Part shown: positions 8,698 to 18,831 of the stretch, in pieces
Position numbering within the stretch: the first letter of the stretch is position 1
Layout: each line of letters opens with the position of its first letter
IMG/VR virus record: IMGVR_UViG_3300042922_000711
Coordinates: 1-50,733 of that record
DNA from: a virus
Lineage: Duplodnaviria; Caudoviricetes
Length of the DNA stretch: 50,733 bases
Direction: 5' to 3' (one strand)
Notes under the pieces: model-generated
Seen by the model: the letters and a program-made list of their open reading frames with translations, nothing else
Databases searched by the model: none
What the model was told of the DNA's origin: nothing
Program-made: the position numbers and the translations under genes

Positions 8698-9156
8698 ATG
8701 TTTAAATGTACAATGGGCGGTTGCCCTCAAGGTAAAGACATTTGTTGCGTTAGCTGCAGCAAAAATAATTGTGAATCCAAATGCGAAGAAACCGATAACG
8801 TTTTAAGTTGTGGGTTTGCCAAAGAAATAATCGAAGAAGGTCAAACTGAAGTACAAATTTTTGAAAACCGGTATTTGCAAGTTTTCAAACAAGTAGCAGA
8901 CGTTACAAAAGCTAAAAAAGACCTGGAAGACCAAGAAAAGAAAGTTAAAGAGCAGCTCGAAAAAGCAATGAACGAGTACGGTATTGATTCTATTGACAAT
9001 CAATATTTAAAAATTACAAGAGTTAAAGCAAGTTCATCTGAATCAGTTGACCTAAAAAAGATGGAAGAAAAAGAACCACAGTTATACGCTGAGCTGCTTG
9101 CGGATTATAAAAAAGTTACAAATAAGAAAGCTTACTTGATGTTTAAGGTTAAATAA
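8698..9156 (+). CDS. Hypothetical phage protein (Cys-rich N-terminus, coiled C-terminus)
   Basis: AGGAGG RBS; lies in the replication/recombination block. Confidence 0.65.
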   Translation: MFKCTMGGCPQGKDICCVSCSKNNCESKCEETDNVLSCGFAKEIIEEGQTEVQIFENRYLQVFKQVADVTKAKKDLEDQEKKVKEQLEKAMNEYGIDSIDNQYLKITRVKASSSESVDLKKMEEKEPQLYAELLADYKKVTNKKAYLMFKVK

Positions 9157-9157
9157 T

Positions 9158-9457
9158 ATGAATAAAAAACTTATAAAAAAGATGATTAAGAAAAATCAAG
9201 CATTTGATGGCGTTATTTATGCAGATGGAAACAATGGTGGTGATATATTAGAAATTCACGACAACATGAACGGTACACTTCATCTTACTTCAGGTCATTG
9301 TTGCGTGATGACTATTAACAAAACTGTTCCAGTAGAATTTATAACTGCAATTTTATCAAAAGTGATGTTGGAAAATGATAATGATATTAATAAAGTTATT
9401 GATTCTTTCGATTGGCCAGAGCAGTTTAAACAGAAATTAAAGGATAAGGTTAAGTAA
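9158..9457 (+). CDS. Hypothetical protein
   Basis: Tightly packed between neighbours. Confidence 0.6.
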   Translation: MNKKLIKKMIKKNQAFDGVIYADGNNGGDILEIHDNMNGTLHLTSGHCCVMTINKTVPVEFITAILSKVMLENDNDINKVIDSFDWPEQFKQKLKDKVK

Positions 9458-9870
9458 TGGCATCGGAAAAATTATTCGAAAACCAGGTTAAAAAGTTTCT
9501 TCATGGCGTAGGGATTTATGCGGCAGGAACACCAATTCAAAAAATGACAGTTGAGCAGCGTGGATGGTACTTCAAGGAATGGGGTGGTGGTTACTCAAAG
9601 AGTGGTATTCCGGACTTAATAATTTGCGCTAATGGGTTTTTCATAGCATGTGAGTTAAAAGGTCCAACAGGTAAGCCATCAGAACTTCAAGGTTTAAACG
9701 TGATGAGAATAAACCAGTCAAACGGAATTGCAATGATCCTTTACCCTGAAGGCTTTGAGAACTTTAAAAATATAGTGAAAGGGGTGATGAAGTGCAATTC
9801 TCACATTCAAGAATTGATGTATTTAAAAACTGCAAATACAAGTACAAGCTGCAATATATTGACAAGCTAA
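9457..9870 (+). CDS. VRR-NUC domain nuclease
   Basis: SEKLFE...GIPDL...ELKGPTGKPSELQ motif. Confidence 0.85.
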   Translation: MASEKLFENQVKKFLHGVGIYAAGTPIQKMTVEQRGWYFKEWGGGYSKSGIPDLIICANGFFIACELKGPTGKPSELQGLNVMRINQSNGIAMILYPEGFENFKNIVKGVMKCNSHIQELMYLKTANTSTSCNILTS

Positions 9871-11693
9871 AAGTTTTGCCAAATACGGACGCAATAAACG
9901 CATTATTTCTTGGAACTGCTGTTCATACAGGTGTTGAGAAAGACGCGGAGACAGCAGTAAAAGAATATTACATGTCATATCCAATAATAACGGATGAGCA
10001 TGTAAACGAGGCTATAAAGCTTGAATACTTAATACCAATAGTTAAAGAAATGCTTCCTAAAGGTAAGCATGAGCTTCAGATAATGTCATCTGATTTCATA
10101 GGATACATGGACCTTTTAGTATCAGCAACCGTATTTGAACGAGGTGTTGAATTACCAAATACATATGATTTATATGATTTCAAGTATTCCAACAACGTTA
10201 AAAATTATATGGATTCAGGGCAGCTGCACGAATACAAATACTTCTGGGAGAAACAGAATCCAGGGAAGAAAATAAGAAATATGTACTTTGTGTTTGTTCC
10301 CAAGGTTCAAATTAAACAGAAGAAAACAGAAGATCTATATCAATTCAGGCAAAGAATATTAGCCGAATTACAAAAGACAGAAGTGAAAATTGTCCAGATT
10401 GAATATGATCCAAACAAAGTTATTGAATTTGCGCTTGAAATGAAACACGTATTGGAAACGAAGGAGTTTTCAATGGAAAAAAACTATCTATGTAACTGGT
10501 GTGATTACCAGGCATATTGCGAAAAAGGAGAAGATTACATGATATTACCAAAGAATGAACGAAGAACTGTAGGAAAAATTAGCAAAAAGGTTATATGGTT
10601 ATATGGTGCGCCTTTCAGTGGAAAGACATTCCTGGCCAACAAGTTTCCTGATCCGTTAATGCTAAACACTGATGGAAATATAAAATTCGTCGATTCACCT
10701 TATATTCCAATCAAAGATGTGGTTACCGTTGAAGGCAGAATTACAAAGAGAACCCTGGCGTGGGCAGTTTTGAAAGATACAATTTCAGAGCTTGAAAAGA
10801 AACAAAATGATTTCAAAACAATAGTTGTAGACTTACTTGAAGACACATATGAAGCTTGCCGATTGTTCATGTATGACCAAATGGGAATTACTCATGAATC
10901 AGATGACAGCTTCAGGGCATGGGATAAAGTAAGAACAGAGTTCCTATCAACCTTGAAGAGATTAATCAACATGGATTATGAGAACATCATCCTGATCAGC
11001 CACGAAGACACATCTAAAGATATTACTAAAAAGGGTGGGGACAAGGTTACAGCAATTAAACCGAATCTTCAGGAAAAAACAGCAAATAAAGTTGCAGGCA
11101 TGGTTGATATCGTAGCAAGAGTAATTGCTGATGATAATGTGAGAACTCTAAACTTTAAAACAAATGAAGTCATATTTGGTGGTGGCAGGTTAAATGTAAC
11201 AGCAAACACAATTCCACTTAATTATGACGAACTGATGAAAGTTTATGAAGAAGCCAATTCTGGTGCCAAAGCTGAACCGGAGCAGCCAAGAGAAAAAACT
11301 TCAAGAACCAAAAAAGCTGAAAAAACTGAAGCTGAAAAGGCTGATAAAGAAGTTTTCCAGGAAGATACCTATTTCTATCACCCGGAAAGTGACGCATACT
11401 TCATGTGTAAGAAAGGCGATGAAGTTCCAACAGACGCTGATTTCCAATTATCCAATGAGATAACAAAAGAAGTGTATGAAAATGCAATTGAAAAACTAAA
11501 AGAGATACCGGCTGTAACAGATGAGCCTAAACAGGAAGAAGCTCCAAAAACTAGAACGAGAAGACAAAGAACAGAAGAAGCTGCTCCTGAAGAACAAAAG
11601 ACAGAAGAAAAAGCGCCTCAGGAAGAACAGAAACAAGATACCACTCCTGAGGAACAACCTAAAACGAGAACACGTAAAAAACGTGAGGCGTAG
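9792..11693 (+). CDS. PD-(D/E)XK nuclease fused to a Sak4-like AAA ATPase with an acidic tail
   Basis: FSHSRI...C..KY, GTAVH, YDFK and CNWCDYQAYC in the N-half; YGAPFSGKT Walker A and IVVD Walker B in the C-half; internal RBS plus ATG at 10539. Confidence 0.8.
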   Translation: MQFSHSRIDVFKNCKYKYKLQYIDKLKVLPNTDAINALFLGTAVHTGVEKDAETAVKEYYMSYPIITDEHVNEAIKLEYLIPIVKEMLPKGKHELQIMSSDFIGYMDLLVSATVFERGVELPNTYDLYDFKYSNNVKNYMDSGQLHEYKYFWEKQNPGKKIRNMYFVFVPKVQIKQKKTEDLYQFRQRILAELQKTEVKIVQIEYDPNKVIEFALEMKHVLETKEFSMEKNYLCNWCDYQAYCEKGEDYMILPKNERRTVGKISKKVIWLYGAPFSGKTFLANKFPDPLMLNTDGNIKFVDSPYIPIKDVVTVEGRITKRTLAWAVLKDTISELEKKQNDFKTIVVDLLEDTYEACRLFMYDQMGITHESDDSFRAWDKVRTEFLSTLKRLINMDYENIILISHEDTSKDITKKGGDKVTAIKPNLQEKTANKVAGMVDIVARVIADDNVRTLNFKTNEVIFGGGRLNVTANTIPLNYDELMKVYEEANSGAKAEPEQPREKTSRTKKAEKTEAEKADKEVFQEDTYFYHPESDAYFMCKKGDEVPTDADFQLSNEITKEVYENAIEKLKEIPAVTDEPKQEEAPKTRTRRQRTEEAAPEEQKTEEKAPQEEQKQDTTPEEQPKTRTRKKREA

Positions 11694-11822
11694 TTTTATA
11701 GAAGCATACGTTAATAAAAAAGCTCAGTACCTATAAAACACACAGTTAAATATATAGATTATACATCACGTTAATTCGAAGATACGTGAAAAAAATAAAA
11801 TGATAAGAGGAAGGTAAGAAGA

Positions 11823-12287
11823 ATGGCAGACGTAAAAAACATATGGGACAAATTTGACGAGGCGATAGACACAGAAGGTTTACAAGCTGATGTCAAAGAA
11901 GCGGCAGAAAACGGCAGTGGTAATTACAAAGAGGTTCCCCATGGAACTTATGAAGTTGAAGTTAACAAAATGGAATTGATTGCCTCTAAAAAAGGTGATC
12001 CGATGGTTTCAATCTGGTTTAAGGTACTCGCCGGTGAATATAAAGGCAGCTTAATATTCTTTAACCAGGTAATCACTAAGGGCTTCCAGATTCACATTGT
12101 AGACGAGCTATTAAGAAGCATGGACACAGGTGTTGAGATTGAGTTTGTTAGCTATAAACAGTATGGAAACATGCTTATGGATGTTATGGAAGCGATAGAT
12201 GGACAGCTTGAATTTGCACTTAGTTATCAAGAAGGTAAAAAAGGCTTCAGCACTTATGAAGTAGAAGAAGTATTCGAAGTTGAGTAA
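11823..12287 (+). CDS. Putative single-stranded DNA-binding protein (DUF669-like)
   Basis: YKEVPHGTYEVEV...SKKGDPM pattern, acidic; follows the Sak4-like gene. Confidence 0.65.
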   Translation: MADVKNIWDKFDEAIDTEGLQADVKEAAENGSGNYKEVPHGTYEVEVNKMELIASKKGDPMVSIWFKVLAGEYKGSLIFFNQVITKGFQIHIVDELLRSMDTGVEIEFVSYKQYGNMLMDVMEAIDGQLEFALSYQEGKKGFSTYEVEEVFEVE

Positions 12288-12341
12288 TTGTTGAATAGGG
12301 GGATGAAACAATCCCCCTACAATCAAAACAGGAGGCTTTAA

Positions 12342-12872
12342 ATGATTGATTTAACCAAGTTACCAAGAGCATTGAGGAAATCATCAAGAGTGAGATGGAT
12401 AAGAAAAAATAGTAAAAACATCATTATGACGGACTACTTCATATTGGAAACTGACAAAGAAGTAAAGGGTGCAGCTCTCACGACGCTGATTACTATATTG
12501 GGTAGAAAGCCTGGAGAGGGTGAAGGTCTTGAAGAATATTTAGGCACAAGATGTGGAATGAGCGAAAAAGATATTGAGTTCACCATGGAACTACTAAAAC
12601 CGCGCGTTGACAAAAAGCTCACATATACGGAACTAACATATGAAGCAAGTGAACTTTCAATGACCATATTCGAAGTAGACAAAAATTATGTTTATGTTAA
12701 CAAAATTTACACAGATTTAGTTAATTTATATATTCCAAAAGCTGAGATGTATGGTCGAGATTCAATGAGCCCAGTTTATATCGAAACCGAGAATGAAAAA
12801 ATAATGATTACTCCAATAAGATTGGTCGAAAATCCAAGTTACCTTAAAGTAAAAACAGTAAATTTTTGGTAG
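12342..12872 (+). CDS. Hypothetical protein, C-terminus resembles a beta-clamp domain
   Basis: GGAGG RBS; ...SPVYIE...IMITPIRL end. Confidence 0.55.
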   Translation: MIDLTKLPRALRKSSRVRWIRKNSKNIIMTDYFILETDKEVKGAALTTLITILGRKPGEGEGLEEYLGTRCGMSEKDIEFTMELLKPRVDKKLTYTELTYEASELSMTIFEVDKNYVYVNKIYTDLVNLYIPKAEMYGRDSMSPVYIETENEKIMITPIRLVENPSYLKVKTVNFW

Positions 12873-14582
12873 GTGATATTGATGTTATTCCTAGATTTTG
12901 AAGTATTTAAGCATGATTGGCTTGTTGTGATTGTTGACATGAACAAGAGACAAGAATATGTCATCATTAATGATCCTGAAGAATTAGAAAGAATTCACAA
13001 GCAGAATATAGACGACATTTGGGTTGGATTTAATATCAGACATTATGACCAATACATATTTAGAGGTATACTTTGTGGATTTGATCCGAAGAAAATTAAT
13101 GATTACATAATAGTACAAGGCAGGCCGGGTTGGAAATTTTCATCATTGTTCAAAAACATTAAACTAATAACTTATGACGTTATGCTGGGCAATGACAGAG
13201 GTTTAAAAGCGTTTGAGGGCTTTATGGGTAACAACATTAAAGAATCAAGTGTACCTTTCGATATAGACCGTAAATTGACTCCAGAAGAGATTGCAGAAAC
13301 AGTTAAGTATTGTCGGCATGACGTTGACCAACTCATTGAAGTGTTCATTGAAAGAAAAGAAGAGTTCGAAGCCACAAGAGAGTTGGTCAAGATTTTCAGA
13401 TTACCAATAGAATCATACGGTAAAACAAAGGCTCAGCTTGTAGCTGAAATATGTGGCGGCATGGGTAAGAGATTTGAAGATGATGAATTTGAATTCCCGG
13501 TTGTCCAATGTGTTCAAGAAAATTTGAAAAAATACAGATTTGTTCTTGAGTGGTATAGGAATCCTGAAAACCATGATTATACAAAAAGCCTTGACTGCAT
13601 AATTGCGGGTGTGCCCCACGTGTTTGGCTGGGGTGGAATACATGGAGCTGAAAAGAAAAACACGGTATTTGGTGACCTGCTGAACGTCGATGTTACAGCT
13701 TATTACCCGGCAATACAGTTGCGATATAAGTTTGGTTATAGAAATATGTCAAAGCCTGAGAACTTTGAAAAAATCCACAATGAGAACTTACGGCTGAAAG
13801 CTTCAGGCGATAAAAAGGCAAGATTACCTTTTAAGATTGCAGACAATAGTATATCCGGACAGCTCAAGGATCCAATGAGCAAACTGTTTGATCCACTGAT
13901 GAATAACGCGGTTTGCGTTAATGGACAATTAATGCTCCTGCTCCTGATTGAAATGATTGAACCACATGCGCAGCTCATTCAGTCAAATACAGATGGTATT
14001 CTGATGAAGCTGAATGACATTGATGATTACGGTTTGATTGATGATATCGTCTACGAATGGGAATGTTTGACCGGAATGAAAATGGAATTTGAACTGTTTA
14101 AGAAAGTGTTCCAGAAGGATGTTAATAATTACATTCTCATTGATGAAAAAGGAAAAGTTAAAACAAAAGGTGGATATGTTAAGAAGCTCAGCAAGATAGA
14201 TTATGATTTGCCAATTATCAACAAAGCGCTGGTTGAGTACATGGTTAATAACGTGCCGGTTGAGAAGACAATTAATGAATGTGATGACTTAAAAGAGTTT
14301 CAGTTGGTTTCAAAGATTACAAGTAAATATACTCACATACTGCACGGCGATAAAGTTTTAAAAGAGAAATGCATAAGAATATTTGCTTCAAAAGATAAAT
14401 CGGATGCAGGAGTTCAAAAGGTTCACGCCATAACCGGAAGACCGGCCAAGATATCAAACTCACCGTTAAGCTGCTTCATACACAATGATGAAGTCAATGG
14501 TGTAAAAGCGCCGAAGAAACTGGATAAGGAATGGTATATAAACATGGCAACAAAGAGATTACAAGATTTTGGGGTGATGTAA
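12873..14582 (+). CDS. Family-B-like DNA polymerase with N-terminal exonuclease-like domain
   Basis: LDFE ExoI-like; motif A DVTAYYP, motif B KIADNSISG, motif C SNTDG, and KTKG. Confidence 0.85.
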   Translation: MILMLFLDFEVFKHDWLVVIVDMNKRQEYVIINDPEELERIHKQNIDDIWVGFNIRHYDQYIFRGILCGFDPKKINDYIIVQGRPGWKFSSLFKNIKLITYDVMLGNDRGLKAFEGFMGNNIKESSVPFDIDRKLTPEEIAETVKYCRHDVDQLIEVFIERKEEFEATRELVKIFRLPIESYGKTKAQLVAEICGGMGKRFEDDEFEFPVVQCVQENLKKYRFVLEWYRNPENHDYTKSLDCIIAGVPHVFGWGGIHGAEKKNTVFGDLLNVDVTAYYPAIQLRYKFGYRNMSKPENFEKIHNENLRLKASGDKKARLPFKIADNSISGQLKDPMSKLFDPLMNNAVCVNGQLMLLLLIEMIEPHAQLIQSNTDGILMKLNDIDDYGLIDDIVYEWECLTGMKMEFELFKKVFQKDVNNYILIDEKGKVKTKGGYVKKLSKIDYDLPIINKALVEYMVNNVPVEKTINECDDLKEFQLVSKITSKYTHILHGDKVLKEKCIRIFASKDKSDAGVQKVHAITGRPAKISNSPLSCFIHNDEVNGVKAPKKLDKEWYINMATKRLQDFGVM

Positions 14583-14956
14583 TGAGCCTTATAGAAAAAT
14601 GCTGCAAGTACTGTCATCATTTTATAGATGGATCTTGCAGATTAAAAATCATTGCTGAAGCTGAATCAAATATTGATAACGTAATTGAAGATGGTTATTT
14701 AGCTGAAGCAGTCCAAGAAGGTTTTACGGACAAGGAATTTGACGAATTGGACTTAGCACTGCGCGGCTCAGGTCTAAGTGGTACAAAGATAAAAGAAGTA
14801 AAAAGAACATTTTACGATGAATTGGAAAGAATTAAAAATTTATGGATTGAAGATATTTCATACAACGTTGAAACAATGTTACAGAATAAGCTAGAAACTG
14901 AAATTAACTTCATTCCGAAAGACAAGGATGAATTTTATTGCAGATATTGGGAATGA
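14582..14956 (+). CDS. Hypothetical protein (CxxC at N-terminus)
   Basis: ATG overlapping the polymerase stop; in frame with ORF 14531-14956. Confidence 0.6.
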   Translation: MSLIEKCCKYCHHFIDGSCRLKIIAEAESNIDNVIEDGYLAEAVQEGFTDKEFDELDLALRGSGLSGTKIKEVKRTFYDELERIKNLWIEDISYNVETMLQNKLETEINFIPKDKDEFYCRYWE

Positions 14957-14971
14957 AGGCGGTGATAGAAA

Positions 14972-16861
14972 TTGTTTTTCAAGGGTTATGTAGAAACAAA
15001 AGATAAAAAATGCATTGAAAAATTTAAGAATAGAACTGACTTCAAGAATTATGAGCAAGTTAAATCATTACCTGAGTTCGCTGGAATACTTTACGCAGAT
15101 ACGATATTAATTGATATCGACGATGCGGAGCAGAGTGACATTTTGTTTAAGATAGTCAAAGACCTGAAGCTTAAATGCAGAGTTTACAAGACAACCAGGG
15201 GGAAGCATTTCTTATTTAAGAATAAAGGCGTAGAGACAAATAAAACAAAGACACCATTGGCGATAGGTATAACATCGGACATCAAGATTGGAGCAAGAAA
15301 TTCATATTCGGTTCTGAAGTTTGACAACAAGGAAAGAAAAATAATATATGACACGGCCAAGAATGAAGAAGCCCAGGACCTTCCAAAATGGTTATTACCC
15401 ATAAGAACAAAAATGGACTTCTTGAACATGGAAGCAGGTGACGGAAGAAACCAGTCATTATTCAATTATATTTTGACACTACAAAGTAATGATTTCAGCG
15501 TAGAAGAATCCAGGGAATGTATTCGTATTATCAATCAACATGTGTTGAAAACACCATTAAGTGAGTCGGAGCTTGAGATAATACTGAGAGACGATGCGTT
15601 TGCAAAACCTGTATTCTTTAAAGGTACAGCTTTTCTGTTTGATAAGTTCGCAACGTATTTGAAGAATAATAATCACATACTGAAGATTAATAATCAGCTG
15701 CACCTTTACAGAGACGGAATATATGAGAATGGTCAAGAAGAAATTGAATGCGAAATGATTAAGCACATTCCAAACTTAAACAGAACTAAACGGTCGGAGG
15801 TAATGGCGTATTTGAACATTATGATTAGGCACAACACACCAGCTACGACAGCAAACTTAATAGCATTCAGAAACGGTGTTTACAACATAACTGATGATTC
15901 GTTTAGTGAATTTAAGCCGGAACACATAATCACGAATAAGATTGACTGGGATTATAACTCAAACACATATTCAGAGCTTGTTGATAAAACTTTGGACAAG
16001 ATAGCATGTAAGGATCCTGATGTTCGAATGCTGCTGGAAGAGGTAATCGGTTATTGTTTTTACAGGAGAAATGAGCTCGGCAAAGCGTTCATACTGATAG
16101 GTGATAAGTCAAATGGTAAATCGACATTCCTGGACATGGTTAAGACGCTGCTGGGAGAAAACAACATTGCAGCACTGGACCTTAAGGAGCTTGGAGACAG
16201 ATTTAAAACAGCTGAACTTTTCGGAAAGCTGGCCAACATCGGTGATGATATTGGTGATGAGTTTATAGCGAATGCAGCAGTATTTAAAAAGCTTGTTACT
16301 GGGGACAGATTGAACGTTGAAAGAAAAGGACAGAATCCATTTGATTTTAACAATTATTCTAAGATGTTATTTTCGGCCAACAACATTCCAAGAATTAAGG
16401 ACAAGACCGGCGCAGTACTCAGGAGATTAACCATCATACCTTTTGACGCTAAGTTCTCAGTTGATGATCCTGATTACAGACCATATATCAAATATGAATT
16501 AAGGGACCAGGAGTGCATGGAGTATTTAATCCTTCTTGGTATCAAAGGCTTAAAAAGGATACTTGCCAATCAGAAGTTTACACAGTCAACCAGGGTTGAA
16601 AGAGAGCTACAGGAGTACGAAGAAACAAACAATCCTGTTGTTGGATTCCTTAAGGATACGGATGAAGATGAGATTGATAATGAGCCAACAAAAAATGTTT
16701 ACAAGAAGTACCAGGAGTATTGTGTAGCAAATAATCTTCAACCTGTATCGCATATTGAATTTTCAAAACAGATTAACAGGATATTGAACCTTGAAATAGT
16801 GGACAAGAAGATAGATGGCAAAAAGTTCAGAATCTTCATAAAGAAAGAAGAGGAAGCATGA
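14972..16861 (+). CDS. AEP primase - SF3 (P4/D5-type) helicase
   Basis: DIDD and TTRGKH primase motifs, GDGRN PriCT-like segment, GDKSNGKST Walker A, SANNIP motif C. Confidence 0.9.
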   Translation: MFFKGYVETKDKKCIEKFKNRTDFKNYEQVKSLPEFAGILYADTILIDIDDAEQSDILFKIVKDLKLKCRVYKTTRGKHFLFKNKGVETNKTKTPLAIGITSDIKIGARNSYSVLKFDNKERKIIYDTAKNEEAQDLPKWLLPIRTKMDFLNMEAGDGRNQSLFNYILTLQSNDFSVEESRECIRIINQHVLKTPLSESELEIILRDDAFAKPVFFKGTAFLFDKFATYLKNNNHILKINNQLHLYRDGIYENGQEEIECEMIKHIPNLNRTKRSEVMAYLNIMIRHNTPATTANLIAFRNGVYNITDDSFSEFKPEHIITNKIDWDYNSNTYSELVDKTLDKIACKDPDVRMLLEEVIGYCFYRRNELGKAFILIGDKSNGKSTFLDMVKTLLGENNIAALDLKELGDRFKTAELFGKLANIGDDIGDEFIANAAVFKKLVTGDRLNVERKGQNPFDFNNYSKMLFSANNIPRIKDKTGAVLRRLTIIPFDAKFSVDDPDYRPYIKYELRDQECMEYLILLGIKGLKRILANQKFTQSTRVERELQEYEETNNPVVGFLKDTDEDEIDNEPTKNVYKKYQEYCVANNLQPVSHIEFSKQINRILNLEIVDKKIDGKKFRIFIKKEEEA

Positions 16862-17049
16862 GAAAAATAGATTTTGTAAATTACAGATATGCAATTATAA
16901 TTGACGGCTATGTTTACAAAGATTATGCGTCCATTGAAGAGCTCAAACGAGGTATTGATAGATTCTACCAAAGAAGGTACAAGCCAGTTCCATTTAGGCT
17001 TGCTAAGTTACAAATAACTACAGTTGAGGTTGAAAATATAAATTTATAG
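16858..17049 (+). CDS. Hypothetical protein
   Basis: ATGA overlap, GAGG RBS. Confidence 0.55.
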   Translation: MRKIDFVNYRYAIIIDGYVYKDYASIEELKRGIDRFYQRRYKPVPFRLAKLQITTVEVENINL

Positions 17050-17058
17050 GAGGTTCCG

Positions 17059-17256
17059 ATGAAAAAGTATGTTGTAGAAATGAGTTATATTTTAGGAGTA
17101 ACTTTAAATGTGAAAGCAGAAAACAAAGAGTATGCGATAGAAAAGGCAAAGGAAATTGTTAGAAATGATATTACTGTTATTGATACAGGTTGCGACATCG
17201 AAGATGTTGGGGATATAGAGTTTGAACAAGTTAACTTTGTAAAAGAGGTGAAATAA
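17059..17256 (+). CDS. Hypothetical protein
   Basis: AGGAGG RBS. Confidence 0.6.
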   Translation: MKKYVVEMSYILGVTLNVKAENKEYAIEKAKEIVRNDITVIDTGCDIEDVGDIEFEQVNFVKEVK

Positions 17257-17257
17257 G

Positions 17258-17839
17258 ATGGAAAAAGCTTTTATCATATCAAAAGACAGTAAGTATCACA
17301 AGGACTTAGATAATTACATTGAGTTATGTAATCAGCAGAAGGATTTTATAAATAAGTATTTCGGTGAAAAAGGAATTGAAGCCAACACATATAGAATTAG
17401 TGGGAACGGCAGTGTAAACTCACCATTTGAAGACTGGGAAAAAGATGAAATAAGTCTTAGCATTGGAGCTACAAATAATGATTCAACCAAGTTCGGAAAA
17501 GCACTTTGTAAGAAAAATGAGCATGGATTATGCAGTTTTAACAAAAAGTCTGAAATAAGTAAGGATTTTGCAAAGAGATGTATTGAAGAAAAAGTTGTCA
17601 TAAATTTATGGGAACCGAGGATATCAAATTATTTTGAAAGTATCAGCTTTAGAGGGTGCCGTTATCACAGAATCATTCATCAGGACATAATGTACATGAA
17701 AATCGATAGCAATCACCTGGATGATAAAGAAGTTCCGGACGGATTTACAGAAATTAAACTAAGTGAATTTTACACCAAGTTAGAAGAATATAACGAATCT
17801 ACGAAGGGGGATAACGATGAAAGTAAAAATAATAAATAA
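17258..17839 (+). CDS. Hypothetical protein
   Basis: GAGGTG RBS, in operon. Confidence 0.65.
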   Translation: MEKAFIISKDSKYHKDLDNYIELCNQQKDFINKYFGEKGIEANTYRISGNGSVNSPFEDWEKDEISLSIGATNNDSTKFGKALCKKNEHGLCSFNKKSEISKDFAKRCIEEKVVINLWEPRISNYFESISFRGCRYHRIIHQDIMYMKIDSNHLDDKEVPDGFTEIKLSEFYTKLEEYNESTKGDNDESKNNK

Positions 17840-18248
17840 TAGCGGTTTTCCGCTTCCAAAATATGAGACACCTGGTGCAGCTGGATTTGACATAAAAGCT
17901 TCGATAAAAAATGAGGATGTAATCAAGCCCAGGGAAACTGTAATTGTGCCAACTGGTTTATATGTGGCCATACCGCAAGGTTATGAGCTTCAGATAAGAG
18001 GTAGAAGTGGATTAGCAATGAAATATGCTATAGGTATTACGCATGGCGTGGGCACTGTGGATTCGGATTATAGAGGTGAAATAAAAATCTTTTTAACAAA
18101 TCATGGAGCTTTACCTTTTGAAATAAAACCAGGCGACAGAATAGCCCAAGGGATAATTGCTCCAGTAATTCAGGCCGAATGGGAAGAAGTTGAAACACTT
18201 GATGAAACAAAGAGAGGAGCTGGTGGATTTGGAAGCACAGGAAAATAA
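17817..18248 (+). CDS. dut: Trimeric dUTPase
   Basis: AAGFDI, RSGLA, GTVDSDYRGE, RIAQ, RGAGGFGSTG motifs. Confidence 0.95.
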   Translation: MKVKIINNSGFPLPKYETPGAAGFDIKASIKNEDVIKPRETVIVPTGLYVAIPQGYELQIRGRSGLAMKYAIGITHGVGTVDSDYRGEIKIFLTNHGALPFEIKPGDRIAQGIIAPVIQAEWEEVETLDETKRGAGGFGSTGK

Positions 18249-18534
18249 AGCTATTGAGATAATTAACGATGTCACATGGCAAGATGGTGGTAGGCATTAT
18301 GGCGAAGTTGAAGAAGCTAGACGGTTAGCCATATCGGCACTTGAAAAGCAGATACCTAAAAACCCTATTAAGAAAGAAGAGCAGTATAAAAAAATAACAG
18401 TTGAGATTTATTATTGTCCAATTTGTAATGAAGAGGTTAGCAGGCGGTCAAAGTCTTCGTATTTATGCAAAACACCATATTGCGATGAATGTGGTCAAAA
18501 AATAGATTGGTCGGAGGCTCAAAATGCAGAATGA
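18190..18534 (+). CDS. Zinc-ribbon phage protein
   Basis: ALEKQIPK...CPIC...CDECGQKIDW. Confidence 0.7.
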   Translation: MKHLMKQREELVDLEAQENKAIEIINDVTWQDGGRHYGEVEEARRLAISALEKQIPKNPIKKEEQYKKITVEIYYCPICNEEVSRRSKSSYLCKTPYCDECGQKIDWSEAQNAE

Positions 18535-18829
18535 TCAGTTTACTGAAGTAGTTCAAGAGCAAATAACAAGATGTTTAACAACGTTAGATTGTAAAAACAA
18601 TGAGTACGGAACAGAAGACAGATTACATAATTTTAAAGTTGCAGCAGTTCTCCAGGATGTTATACCAACTCAAGCCCTGGCAGGCATGATGGCGAAGCAC
18701 ACGGTTAGTGTTTATGATATGTGCCGGGACGGAAGCAGAGATTTAGCATTATGGAATGAGAAAATAACCGACAATATTAATTACTTATTGCTGCTCAGGG
18801 CGTTGGTTGAAGAGGAAGGAGTGGATTAA
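18524..18829 (+). CDS. Putative nucleotide-modification-associated / MazG-like helical protein
   Basis: KNNEYG...HNFK...DNINYLLLL pattern. Confidence 0.5.
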   Translation: MQNDQFTEVVQEQITRCLTTLDCKNNEYGTEDRLHNFKVAAVLQDVIPTQALAGMMAKHTVSVYDMCRDGSRDLALWNEKITDNINYLLLLRALVEEEGVD

Positions 18830-18831
18830 GC

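Noticed and set aside
9792-10538. Cas4 as part of a CRISPR system
   Set aside because: Cas4/RecB-like nucleases are routine phage recombination genes; no cas1/cas2 or array is present.
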